NCBI GenBank assembly: GCA_038230375.1
Contig: JBBRNJ010000019.1
Span: 32,001 to 96,000, forward strand
DNA: 64,000 nucleotides
Direction: 5' to 3'
Source: Polyangiales bacterium
GTDB taxonomy: Bacteria > Myxococcota_A > Polyangia > Polyangiales > Polyangiaceae
A program made the translations under genes and the position numbers. Positions within the stretch are counted from its first letter, which is position 1, and the number at the start of each line of letters is the position of its first letter. Shown in pieces: positions 39,607 to 48,768 of this stretch. The notes beneath the pieces are model-generated. The model saw only the letters and a list, made by a program, of their open reading frames with translations, had not been told where the DNA came from and ran no database searches.

Positions 39607-41264
39607 GGCTCGCGCCGCGTCTCGTTCTTGCGTTCAGCCTGGTCGCCATCGCGTCGACCATCGGGCTCGGCGTGTACATCCGGCGTGACAGGCATCAGGC
39701 GGAGACGGATCGCTTCGACTCCGAAGTGAAGCGCGCGTGCGACAACGTGGCCAGTGAGCTCGGTCGGCAGGCAGAGCGCGATGATCGCCTGATTCATGGC
39801 GCCTGCGAGAGCGGCGAGCTCGTGGACCGCGTGCTGATGAGCGTGAAGCGCGACGATCTCGGCTCCACGCGGCTTGGCTTCGCGGAGATCGTCCCCAAGG
39901 AGCGCGTCGCATTCGACCTGGACGAGCTGATGCTGGTGATGGACGACGGCGACGTGCTCGGCGCAGACCCGAGCCGGCTGCGCGGCTCCGCCAAGAGCGA
40001 CGTGATGAAGTTCTTCACGGACGACAAGGACGGCTACGCGCTCCGCACGGTCTCCGTCCCGGCGCTGGTGAGCAAGTGCACGAAGAAGGGGCCTCGTGCG
40101 ATCGGGCTCGTGGCCGCCCGTCACACGGGACCGCAGCTCGCTCGCCTTGGCAAGACACTGGACGTGCACGTGAACCCCGCGGCCGTGGCTGCCGACGAAG
40201 CGCGTGCACAATGCACGTTTCTGGACACGCGGGGCAGGGCGCTGCCGCTCACCGTGACAAAGTCGAAGGCGGAGCTGTCGAAGAATCTGGAGCGCGTCGA
40301 CGAGGCGATCCTCCTCTCCACGCTGGTCTCCATTGGCGCGTCGATCTTGATCGGCATCATCCTGGCGCGGAGCCTTGGCAGCCCGCTCGCAGAGCTGTCG
40401 CGACAGACGCGCAAGGTCGCCACGGACGAGGCCTCGCCCATCGACATTCGTGGTTCGGGTGAGGTCGGCGAGCTGGTGCTCACGTTCAACAAGATGATCG
40501 AGGACCTGGCCGTCACGCGCCGGAGGCTTGCCGCAGCGAGCCGCGTGGCCGCATGGCGCGAGGTGGCTCGCCGCGTTGCCCACGAGATCAAGAACCCGCT
40601 CGCGCCGATCCGCGCCGCGGTGGAGACGCTGCGAAGGCTGCGCGCGCGACAGGATCCCGCGTTCGACGAGTACTTCGACGAGGCCACGCGCACCGTCCTG
40701 GACGAGGTTCACCGCATCTCGAACATCGTGACCGAGTTCACGCGCTTCGCCCGGCTCCCGCAGCCAAAGCCCGCGCCCATGGACGTGGAAGAGGTCGTGC
40801 GGCACGTGGTGTCGATGCACAAGCCCAACGCAGGTCCGCTCTCGCTTCGCGCCGAGATGCGGACAACGCCGCCCGAGGTGAACGCGGATCGCGATCAGGT
40901 CGTGCAGATCCTGACGAACCTGGTGCAGAACGCGATCGACGCAGCGCGCAATACGAAGGACGCGGAGGTGACGGTGGTCACGGCCCATGATGCACGCGCG
41001 GGACAGACGTTCGTCACCATCACCGTGGCGGACAATGGCCCTGGCATCGCGCCCGAGATGGAGGCGCGCCTGTTCGAGCCGTATGCCACGAGCAAGGCGC
41101 ATGGCACTGGCCTTGGCCTTGCCATCGCCCAGCGCATCGCCATGGAGCACGGCGGGGAGCTCGTGTACGCGGGGAAGAACGGAACACGCGGCGCCGTCTT
41201 CCGGCTCACGCTCACCATCGATGGGCCACCCCCGCTGTCCGACATCGCGCCCAGCAGCGGCTGA
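39603..41264 (+). CDS. HAMP-domain sensor histidine kinase (NtrY-like)
   Basis: Two TMs, HAMP (GEVGELVLTFNKM), AWREVARRVAHEIKNPL H-box, NLVQNAIDA, DNGPGI, GTGLGL; GTGA overlap. Confidence 0.95.
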   Translation: MRLAPRLVLAFSLVAIASTIGLGVYIRRDRHQAETDRFDSEVKRACDNVASELGRQAERDDRLIHGACESGELVDRVLMSVKRDDLGSTRLGFAEIVPKERVAFDLDELMLVMDDGDVLGADPSRLRGSAKSDVMKFFTDDKDGYALRTVSVPALVSKCTKKGPRAIGLVAARHTGPQLARLGKTLDVHVNPAAVAADEARAQCTFLDTRGRALPLTVTKSKAELSKNLERVDEAILLSTLVSIGASILIGIILARSLGSPLAELSRQTRKVATDEASPIDIRGSGEVGELVLTFNKMIEDLAVTRRRLAAASRVAAWREVARRVAHEIKNPLAPIRAAVETLRRLRARQDPAFDEYFDEATRTVLDEVHRISNIVTEFTRFARLPQPKPAPMDVEEVVRHVVSMHKPNAGPLSLRAEMRTTPPEVNADRDQVVQILTNLVQNAIDAARNTKDAEVTVVTAHDARAGQTFVTITVADNGPGIAPEMEARLFEPYATSKAHGTGLGLAIAQRIAMEHGGELVYAGKNGTRGAVFRLTLTIDGPPPLSDIAPSSG

Positions 41265-41265
41265 C

Positions 41266-42594
41266 ATGCGGACCGCCTCGCAGGCCCCGCAGAAGCTCCC
41301 TGCGCGCGTGCAGCTCCCGAGCGGCCGTCGGGTTTCGCTGCGCGTGAAGGTGCCCACCGAGCCGCTCGCGCGCGTTCGTCGCGCGTCGCTGTTCTCGGAG
41401 CTCTTCGCGGCAGAGGAGCAGGGGCTTCTGGCGCTCGCGGACGACGGCGCGAAGGTCCCGCTCGCGTCGTTGTCGCTTGGCGACTTCCATGCGGTGCGCG
41501 CGCTCGCTCTCGCAGGCGGAGTCCTCGCAGAGGAGAGCGTGGACGTTACGTGCAAGAACTGCGAGGCCACGTTGACGGTGCTCCCGTGCAAGGCGCTGCC
41601 GCTGGGACCCTTCCGTGATTTCGAGCTGGACGATCCGGAGCTGGATGCGACCTTGGCACCAGGGATCGCGCACGAGATCCCGGATGTACCGCTTCCTGGG
41701 GACCGGCGCGCATCGACGGTGACGTTCAGTGCACGCACGGCGGAGCAAGCGAGGCCGCTCTTCCAGGCCCTGTCGCGTCGAGATCTCGAGGTGGATGCCG
41801 CGTTCGTATCCGCGATGGGGATCGTGAGTCTTGGCGAAGAGACGAGCCCCAGGGTGATCGCGCGCGCCCTCTCCCGGTGCGACGACGATGCGTTCGCGGG
41901 GGTGACGGATGCCTTCCTTGCCACGCACTATCCGCTGCGCCTCGGAGCTCCGATCCGCTGCGAAGCTTGCGGTGCGCGCAACGACGTGGACGCGCCGTAC
42001 GAGCGCGAGGTGGAGCCGAGCGGGCTCGTGCGTGGTGATGCTGCGAACCCGGGCGCAAACGTTCCAGCTCAGTTTCCGACGCTCGATGATTTCTCGGAGG
42101 TCGCGCGCACGTCGTTCGAGGAGCATGTGAGCCGGTTCCCGGCGGACACGGTCGATCTGGTGGTGACGGACGAGACCCCCGACTGCGACGACGGCGGCGA
42201 GCCGCTGCTCGGCTCCTACGTGCCTGGATCCGCACCAGATGGGCATGGCCTTCTGGCGCGCCCCACGGTCACGGTCTACGTGCGGACGTTCCGCGCAATG
42301 TGGAACCAAGAAGGCCCGTACGACGTCGCCGCGGAGATCGACGAGACCATCGAGCACGAGCTCCAGCACCACGAGCATCACCTCACAGGCGAGGACCCGA
42401 TGGACGACGAGGAGCGCGCCGAGATCGTCCACGAGGCGCAACGCATCCTTGGCCGGAAGCAGGTGGCGCGCGATGCTGCGCAGGGCCTCGGGATGGACAT
42501 CGGCGAGTTCGTCCGTCGCACCTGGCTCGTGTGGCTGTTGCTCTTCATTGCAGGCGCGGCCGCGCTCTGGGCGGAAGGTGCTCAGGGTCGCTGA
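41266..42594 (+). CDS. Hypothetical: double Zn-ribbon N-domain + zincin-like metallopeptidase (HExxH) + C-terminal TM
   Basis: CKNC and CEAC; LLGSY...VTVYVRTF...ETIEHELQHH; terminal hydrophobic helix. Confidence 0.75.
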   Translation: MRTASQAPQKLPARVQLPSGRRVSLRVKVPTEPLARVRRASLFSELFAAEEQGLLALADDGAKVPLASLSLGDFHAVRALALAGGVLAEESVDVTCKNCEATLTVLPCKALPLGPFRDFELDDPELDATLAPGIAHEIPDVPLPGDRRASTVTFSARTAEQARPLFQALSRRDLEVDAAFVSAMGIVSLGEETSPRVIARALSRCDDDAFAGVTDAFLATHYPLRLGAPIRCEACGARNDVDAPYEREVEPSGLVRGDAANPGANVPAQFPTLDDFSEVARTSFEEHVSRFPADTVDLVVTDETPDCDDGGEPLLGSYVPGSAPDGHGLLARPTVTVYVRTFRAMWNQEGPYDVAAEIDETIEHELQHHEHHLTGEDPMDDEERAEIVHEAQRILGRKQVARDAAQGLGMDIGEFVRRTWLVWLLLFIAGAAALWAEGAQGR

Positions 42595-42663
42595 TCCCCG
42601 TCTGAAATGGACGTTTGCTTGTCGCATTTGACGGATGCGGTCTTCAGCGATTACGTTGCGCGT

Positions 42664-43125
42664 ATGGTTCGCGCAAAGCCCGCCAACAAGCGGGGGAGCC
42701 CGGAGGCCGTCGAGAAGCGTCGCGTTGCACGCATGTTCAACGATCTCCTCGGCGGGAAGAGCACGCACGGCAAGCTCGACGGGCGCACCGAGAAGCGTCG
42801 CAAGCGTCTGCTTCGCGAGCTTCAGACCGGGAAGGCACGCGGCAAGAAGGACCTGAAGCCCCTCGACGTGCTGTTACGGGTGCAGGAGCTCCTCGAGATT
42901 GGCGAGCCCCTCTCCGCCATTCGAAAAGTGGCGAAGGTGAAGAAGCCCGAGGTGCTGGGCGAGGACATTGCCAAGGTGGTGGAGCGCCTGCACCGCGCCT
43001 ATGCATTCCGGCCCGAGGTGTACCGGTTCGTCGGCATCGCGGATGAGGTGCTGGCCACGGCCGGTGTGCTCGCGCAGGAGCCTCCGCCGGGTCGCTCTGG
43101 CCGTCCCAGGAAGCGCGGGCCTTGA
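42664..43125 (+). CDS. Small, highly basic hypothetical protein
   Basis: K/R-rich 153-aa ORF; TACGTT -10-like element 6 nt upstream. Confidence 0.75.
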   Translation: MVRAKPANKRGSPEAVEKRRVARMFNDLLGGKSTHGKLDGRTEKRRKRLLRELQTGKARGKKDLKPLDVLLRVQELLEIGEPLSAIRKVAKVKKPEVLGEDIAKVVERLHRAYAFRPEVYRFVGIADEVLATAGVLAQEPPPGRSGRPRKRGP

Positions 43126-43159
43126 CCTTGGCGCCCGGTCCGTTTACCTGATCCACGCG

Positions 43160-44149
43160 ATGCGTACGCTTCCGGCCTATTTCCTTGTTCTCGCGTTCTC
43201 GCTCGTGGCGGCGGGGCCGCGCGCGGAGGACTCCAAGGAGGAAGTGCGTCGCAAGGCCGTTGTCGCACGGGTGGGTCAGCGCCAGATCAGCGCTGGCGAG
43301 CTCGAGGATCGGCTCGCGCAGGTCCCTCGCTTCCAGCTCTCCGAGTTCGGTGGGACTGCGGATGAAATCCGGCGCAAGTTCCTGACCGACATCGTCGTGA
43401 AGGACGCGCTCCTCGCGCAGGCCGCGCAGGACACGAAGCTCACGTCGCAGCTGCCCACGGAAGGGCGCATCGCGCGCGCCCTCTCTGGCGCCACCCTTCG
43501 CAAGGTGAAGGCAGACGCCGGGGACCCCGGACAGATCTCCCCGGAGGAGGTCCGCGCCTACTACGACAACAACAAGGCGCGCTTCGACACCTCGGAGCGC
43601 GTGTTGGTTCATCGCATCCTCTGCAAGACGCTCGCGGAGGCAGGCACCGTGATCGAGTCCTTCAAGAAGGACCCCACACCGCGCGCCTTCGCCGAGCTCG
43701 CGCGCGAGCACAGCCAGGACCATACGTCGGGCATGCGCGGCGGCAACATGGGCTTCGTCACCGCGGACGGCAAATCGAACGAGGCGGGCGTCATCGTTGA
43801 TCCTGCGGTCGTCAAGGCCGCGTTCGCCGTGAAAGATGGCGAGCTGGTCCAGCAGCCAGTGCCCGAGGCGAGCATGTTCGCGGTCGTGTGGCGCAAGGGC
43901 ACCGTCGCGGCCTCGCACCGCAACTTCGAGGAAGTGATCTCGCAGATCCGCGAGACGATGTTCAAGGACAAGCTCGAGACGGCGCGCAAGAAGCTCATCG
44001 AGGACCTGCGCGAGAAGAACGTGAAGGAATTGAACGAGCCGCTGCTCCGCACGATCGACGTGTCGCGCGCAGATGGCGCGATCACGCCGCGCAAGCGCCC
44101 CGGTCAGGTGCCGCCGCTCGGCGCCCCCATCCCAGACAACAAGAAGTAG
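43160..44149 (+). CDS. Exported parvulin (PpiC/PrsA-type) peptidyl-prolyl isomerase
   Basis: Signal peptide, VVARVG, EVRAYY, HRIL, FAELAREHSQD, RGGNMGF. Confidence 0.92.
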   Translation: MRTLPAYFLVLAFSLVAAGPRAEDSKEEVRRKAVVARVGQRQISAGELEDRLAQVPRFQLSEFGGTADEIRRKFLTDIVVKDALLAQAAQDTKLTSQLPTEGRIARALSGATLRKVKADAGDPGQISPEEVRAYYDNNKARFDTSERVLVHRILCKTLAEAGTVIESFKKDPTPRAFAELAREHSQDHTSGMRGGNMGFVTADGKSNEAGVIVDPAVVKAAFAVKDGELVQQPVPEASMFAVVWRKGTVAASHRNFEEVISQIRETMFKDKLETARKKLIEDLREKNVKELNEPLLRTIDVSRADGAITPRKRPGQVPPLGAPIPDNKK

Positions 44150-44170
44150 GCAGCCACGTCGCCGTCCGCG

Positions 44171-44551
44171 TCACGGCTTGATGTTGCCCGATAGCGTGAA
44201 GATCGGCATGTAGACGCCGATCACGCATGCACCGATCGACACGCCCGCGAAGATCATTGCGCCGAGCACCCAGAGGCGGCGCTGCGTGAGCGGAAGCGCG
44301 CCCGTCGCGCCGCGCGCCGTGGCAAGCGCAACGACCAGGCCGAGCAGCGGGGGGAACCAGAGAGAGACGGCGAGCGTGGTGAGCGTGTTGAGGTGCTCCT
44401 CGCCGCCCAGGTCGTGGAACATTCCCGCGAACGCGTTGCCCATGATCGGGAACGCAAAGAGGCCGAGCGCACCGGCCCCCGCGCCGAGCGTGATCGACCA
44501 GTCGAACGATGTGAATCGTTCGTCGTCGTCGCGCTTGGGTTTGACGATCAG
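44171..44551 (-). CDS. Small 3-TM protein resembling the membrane part of PilC/GspF; start uncertain (ATG 44443 or non-ATG near 44551)
   Basis: FAGMFHDLGG...LNTLT and C-terminal IGVYMPIFTLSGNIK; frame stays open upstream through a first TM to the rnc stop. Confidence 0.6.
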   Translation of the reverse strand: MIVKPKRDDDERFTSFDWSITLGAGAGALGLFAFPIMGNAFAGMFHDLGGEEHLNTLTTLAVSLWFPPLLGLVVALATARGATGALPLTQRRLWVLGAMIFAGVSIGACVIGVYMPIFTLSGNIKP

Positions 44552-45264
44552 GGCGGCGGCTCCGGGGGCTTTGGCAGCGTCTCGAGCGCGGACTGCGCGG
44601 CGGCTCGCTCAGCGGACCGCTTGCTCTTGCCTTCGCCCGTGCCAGAGAGCACGCCACCCACGTGCACCTCCACCACGAAGGTGGGATCGTGCTGCGGCCC
44701 GCGCGCCTCCCGGATCTTGTACTCCGGCGGTGGCTGCCCTTCCCCCTGAACGCGCTCCTGCAGCTGGCTCTTGGGGTCGCGCTCGCCAAGCTGCGTGACC
44801 GCGGCGAGCGGCTCGGACACGATCGCCGCGACGACCTTGCGCGCAGCGAGAAGCCCGTGCGCCTCGTACACCGCCGCGACGATCGCCTCCACGGCATCCG
44901 CGAGCACGTTGGTCTGCTGCTTCTCGCCGCCGGCGCGCGCGCCACGCCCCAGGTAGAGCGCGTCTCCGAGCGAGATGCTTCGCGCCCAACGCGACAGCGC
45001 GTCCGCGTTCACGAGCGCCGCGCGCATACGTGTGAGCGTGCCCTCGTCCGCCTCCGGAAAGGCCCCCGACAGGATCTCGCTCACGCACAACCCGAGCACG
45101 GAGTCGCCAAGGAACTCGAGCCGCTGGTTGTCAGGGTCTCCCGTCTCGTTCGCGTAGCTCGGGTGTGTGAGCGCCTCCACGAGACGCGGTACCTCGGCTT
45201 CACCAAGGATTCGCACGAGCACCGCGCGGACGGCATCTACGTTGGGCTCGTCGCTCTCGCTCAT
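44548..45264 (-). CDS. rnc: Ribonuclease III
   Basis: ALTHPS, NQRLEFLGDSVL, LADAVEA, dsRBD DPKSQLQE...GKSKRSAE. Confidence 0.97.
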   Translation of the reverse strand: MSESDEPNVDAVRAVLVRILGEAEVPRLVEALTHPSYANETGDPDNQRLEFLGDSVLGLCVSEILSGAFPEADEGTLTRMRAALVNADALSRWARSISLGDALYLGRGARAGGEKQQTNVLADAVEAIVAAVYEAHGLLAARKVVAAIVSEPLAAVTQLGERDPKSQLQERVQGEGQPPPEYKIREARGPQHDPTFVVEVHVGGVLSGTGEGKSKRSAERAAAQSALETLPKPPEPPP

Positions 45265-45569
45265 GGACTCTTCTGGTATGCGCTGAATGCGGCGTCACTC
45301 GCCTCCGCGAGCGAGCGATCCAGTGACGTCACTCCACCAGCGTCATGCGTGGTCCACAGGAGCTTCGCCTTGCCCCACCCAAGCTCCACGTCGGGATGGT
45401 GATCGTGCTTCTCTGCGAGCATGCCCACCTCGACGACGAACGCCAGCGCACGCGAGAAATTCTCCACCGCGTAGCTGCGAACGATCGCCTCGCCCACACG
45501 CGTCCACGCGGGATGCGCGGCGAGCCACGCTGCGATCTCGGCGTCCCCGAGCTTCTGCGGTCTTGTCAT
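45261..45569 (-). CDS. phhB: Pterin-4-alpha-carbinolamine dehydratase
   Basis: AEKHDHHPDV, WTTHDAGGVTSLD. Confidence 0.93.
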   Translation of the reverse strand: MTRPQKLGDAEIAAWLAAHPAWTRVGEAIVRSYAVENFSRALAFVVEVGMLAEKHDHHPDVELGWGKAKLLWTTHDAGGVTSLDRSLAEASDAAFSAYQKSP

Positions 45570-45703
45570 GGCCCCATGCTAGTTCAGGCAGCCCACCGCT
45601 CGTCACCCGTTTCGGCGACGTCTGCGGGCTGCGTTGGGGGAACTTCGGCGCCGGACCCGTGTCGTTCTCTTCGATGCTACCGAGTTTTGGCTATCATGAG
45701 TCC

Positions 45704-46336
45704 GTGGGATTGACGGCGTGCCCGTTCTGTCGGGAAATGTTCGAGGAGGGCGAGCGGGAGGACTGTCCCGTCTGCGGTGTCGCGCTCACGGACTTCTCCA
45801 AGCTTCCTCTGTCGTTGGACGCGATGGCGGAAGAGGGAAACGTCCCCACCGCACCTGAGATGGAGCGCCTCCCCGCGCACTACCTCGGGCGAGGCAAGGG
45901 CATCCTCGTCGTGCTCGGGCTCGTCGGCATCGTCCTGTTCTTCTTGCCGTGGGTTCAAATCACGTTTCCCGACATCGACTCCAGGTCTGCGTTCAGGATG
46001 GCCCACGGTCGGGCTGGCTGGCTGTTCGGTGCGCTGTGCGGGTGGCTCGTCTTGATCCCGACCGTGCTCTCTCGTCGGAGCATCCTGAAGATGCGCGGCG
46101 CCCGCGTTGCGGCGGCGTTCCTCTCGGCAATTCCGGGCGTCTGCGTCGTGGATCTGCTGTCTTTTCCGCCGAAATACGACGGCTACATCCCGATCAAGTT
46201 CGAGTGGTTGCTCCCGCTCTACATCACGCTCGCGCTCTCCCTCGTAGGGATCGCCGTCTCCATCTTCTTCCTCGGCGGTCGCATGGACGACATCAAGGTG
46301 AGCCGCGGTACGTCTGCGGGGCAACAGGTCCACTGA
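45704..46336 (+). CDS. Hypothetical membrane protein with N-terminal Zn ribbon
   Basis: CPFC...CPVC then four TMs (FFLPW); GTG start inferred. Confidence 0.75.
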   Translation: MGLTACPFCREMFEEGEREDCPVCGVALTDFSKLPLSLDAMAEEGNVPTAPEMERLPAHYLGRGKGILVVLGLVGIVLFFLPWVQITFPDIDSRSAFRMAHGRAGWLFGALCGWLVLIPTVLSRRSILKMRGARVAAAFLSAIPGVCVVDLLSFPPKYDGYIPIKFEWLLPLYITLALSLVGIAVSIFFLGGRMDDIKVSRGTSAGQQVH

Positions 46337-46393
46337 CGGCTTTGCGACCAGCGCCTTGCCCGTGACCTATGGCCAACCTCCCAAGATGGAGGC

Positions 46394-47326
46394 ATGATTC
46401 ACAGCAGGATGGCGGCGGCAAGGAAGCGCGTGGACTCCGGGATTTTCGCCACGGCGAAGGTCACGGCTGGGAGCGATGAGCTCTCTGCGCTGCCGTCCAT
46501 CGTGAATGGGCAGCAGGGTACGACGCACAGCGCGAGCAATCCGCCGCCACCGGTCTCCGAGCGCGAGCTCACCGACGTTCCCGCTGCGGTCGTCTGCGCA
46601 TTCTGCGGACAGGCCGAGTGCAGCGGTTGCGATCGCGAGGAGACCGCGTCGGGCATCATCGCCGTCGTCGCGTGGGAGCGCACCGCGATGCCGTTCTCGG
46701 ACAGGCTATGGGCCACGTCGCGCGCGACCACGCGTGACGCCGAGACGTTCTTCTCCCTTCTGCCCGACGGCAGCGTGTGGCCGGCGCTCTCGTTCGCGCT
46801 CGTCGCCGAGTCGATCGCCGTGCTCTCGTTCGCGCTCTTGCTGTTCGCGATCGCGTGCATCGTGGCATGGCCGCTCGTGGCGGTCCTCCTCACCGACCCC
46901 GCGACCGCAGCGCTGTTCGCGCGTGGCGTGGCGCTCGGCATTCCCAGCATCGTCGTCGTCTTGGTGCTCGCGCACGTGGTGCATGGTCTCTTCATCGACA
47001 TGGGCGCCACGCGTGCAGGCAGGCGCGGCGCACGCCGACGTGCGATCCGCTTCGGGCTCTACGCCGCCGGCTGGGATCTCGTGATGGCACCTGCGGGCCT
47101 GATGCTCGCGCTCGTGAAGGAAGGCCTGCGCTTCCTGCCGGAGTATCGCAAGATGCTCTACGGGCTGCCCACGCGCTCGAGCCAGGCGCTGCTCGCCGGC
47201 ACCTACGGCATCCTTGGCGAAGCACAGAAGGCGCCGCTCTCCTTCGCGACCATAGGCGCCGTAGTCGCCACCGGCTTCGGCGCCCTCTTCGTCTTCGGCA
47301 TCGTCGCCGCCTGCATGATATTTTGA
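46394..47326 (+). CDS. Hypothetical membrane protein with Cys cluster (Yip1-like topology)
   Basis: GGAGG RBS; CAFCGQAECSGC; AWER; several TMs. Confidence 0.7.
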   Translation: MIHSRMAAARKRVDSGIFATAKVTAGSDELSALPSIVNGQQGTTHSASNPPPPVSERELTDVPAAVVCAFCGQAECSGCDREETASGIIAVVAWERTAMPFSDRLWATSRATTRDAETFFSLLPDGSVWPALSFALVAESIAVLSFALLLFAIACIVAWPLVAVLLTDPATAALFARGVALGIPSIVVVLVLAHVVHGLFIDMGATRAGRRGARRRAIRFGLYAAGWDLVMAPAGLMLALVKEGLRFLPEYRKMLYGLPTRSSQALLAGTYGILGEAQKAPLSFATIGAVVATGFGALFVFGIVAACMIF

Positions 47327-47374
47327 ACATCACCTTCCCCAGCGCGCGGTGAGCGTGTTGGCTATCCTTTGTTC

Positions 47375-48307
47375 GTGGCTGACCTGTACGACGTGTTGGG
47401 GGTGAAGAGGGGCGCGGACGCGGAGGCGCTCAAGAAGGCCTATCGCAAGCTCGCCCGCGAGGCGCATCCTGACAAAGCTCCCGCCGATTCGAACGCGGAG
47501 GCTCGCTTCAAGGCGATCAATCGCGCGTACGAGATCTTGAGCGACCCGAAGCGCCGCGGTCTCTACGACGAGTTCGGAGAGGCGTCATTTCGCACCGGCT
47601 TCGATCCACAGAAGGCACGAGCACGCGCGAATGAAGCACGAGCGAACGCCGGCATCCGCGCAGAGACCGTGTCCGTAAGAGGTATCGACAGCGGCATCCC
47701 CACCGCCGCGCCGAGCAACGGCTTCGACATGTTGAACTCGCTCATCGGCCGCCGTCGCAAGAACGGCGTGCGCGGCGCGGACTTCGAAGCTGAGCTCGCG
47801 ATCGAGTTCGCGGAGGCCGTGCGTGGCACCCAGCGGCTCCTGCACGGGCTGCCTGGTGCGCTCTCACTCAAGGTGAACATTCCTCGCGGCGTGCTGGATG
47901 GAAGCCGCATTCGCATCGCGAACGAGGGCGCCCCCTCCGTGGGCGATGGTCCGAACGGCGATCTGTTCCTCAAGATCAAGGTCAGGCCGCACCCTCATTT
48001 CCACAGAGAAGGAAACGATCTGCACCTGCGTCTGCCGGTCACGCTGCGCGAGGCTTACTTCGGCGCGAAGGTGCTCCTGCCCACGGCAGATGGCAACGTC
48101 CGGCTCAAGATTCCACCGTCCAGTCAGACCGGAGACGTGCTTCGCGTGCGACACAAAGGCATCGTGGCCGAGTCAGGCGCGACTGGCGATCTGCTGGTGC
48201 ACGTGATGGTGCAGGCGCCCACGGCGAGCACCGCGGCGGTCGCGAAGTTGATCGAGCAGCTCGCCGAACATCAGAAGGACGATCCTCGCGCGGGCGTCAC
48301 GCTCTGA
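47375..48307 (+). CDS. DnaJ class B / CbpA-like co-chaperone
   Basis: [20 protein letters not shown]-domain GDLFL...HPHF.REGNDL; no Zn finger. Confidence 0.93.
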   Translation: MADLYDVLGVKRGADAEALKKAYRKLAREAHPDKAPADSNAEARFKAINRAYEILSDPKRRGLYDEFGEASFRTGFDPQKARARANEARANAGIRAETVSVRGIDSGIPTAAPSNGFDMLNSLIGRRRKNGVRGADFEAELAIEFAEAVRGTQRLLHGLPGALSLKVNIPRGVLDGSRIRIANEGAPSVGDGPNGDLFLKIKVRPHPHFHREGNDLHLRLPVTLREAYFGAKVLLPTADGNVRLKIPPSSQTGDVLRVRHKGIVAESGATGDLLVHVMVQAPTASTAAVAKLIEQLAEHQKDDPRAGVTL

Positions 48308-48309
48308 CG

Positions 48310-48768
48310 TCAGAAGTGCCCGGCGACCCGCGACTGCATGAAGAGCACGAACAGACCGAACGCGATCGCGAGCAGCGCAAACCCCAGGTAAATGAGCGCC
48401 CACAGCGGTGTGCGGACGCGCACCTCGGGCTGCTGCATCAGTGGCGCGCTCATGGGTGCAGGCGCACTCTGAGGAGCAGGCACGTACACCTGAGGAGCGC
48501 TCGGCGGCGCAGCGCCGATCCGTGGTGGTGCGAACGCAGGTGGCGGCGGCGCGAATGCGGGCGGCGCGCTTCCCGCAGCGGGGCGCTGGGGCATCGGAAG
48601 CGTACCCTGGTCGCGCTGGAGTGGAGCCAGCTCGGCGGTTCCTCCGGTCAGCTGCTGGAAGATCTCGTCGGTGAAATCGCGCGGAGGCTCCGCGATCGTC
48701 TGATCGGGATCCTCCGGCACCTTCGGCGGCGTCGGCTTCACGCCGCCTCGGGGCTTGATCGGGCTCAT
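48310..48768 (-). CDS. Small Pro-rich protein with C-terminal TM, coupled to the upstream kinase
   Basis: ATGA overlap with the kinase stop; TM PLWALIYLGFALLAIAFGLFVLF. Confidence 0.7.
   Translation of the reverse strand: MSPIKPRGGVKPTPPKVPEDPDQTIAEPPRDFTDEIFQQLTGGTAELAPLQRDQGTLPMPQRPAAGSAPPAFAPPPPAFAPPRIGAAPPSAPQVYVPAPQSAPAPMSAPLMQQPEVRVRTPLWALIYLGFALLAIAFGLFVLFMQSRVAGHF

Noticed and set aside
41266..42594. Prophage or contractile injection system locus
   Set aside because: No sheath, tube, spike, terminase or integrase genes nearby; at most one domain resembles phage proteins.
39438..42768. Minus-strand ORFs of 828 and 518 aa
   Set aside because: Antisense to the well-supported histidine kinase and zincin-fusion genes.
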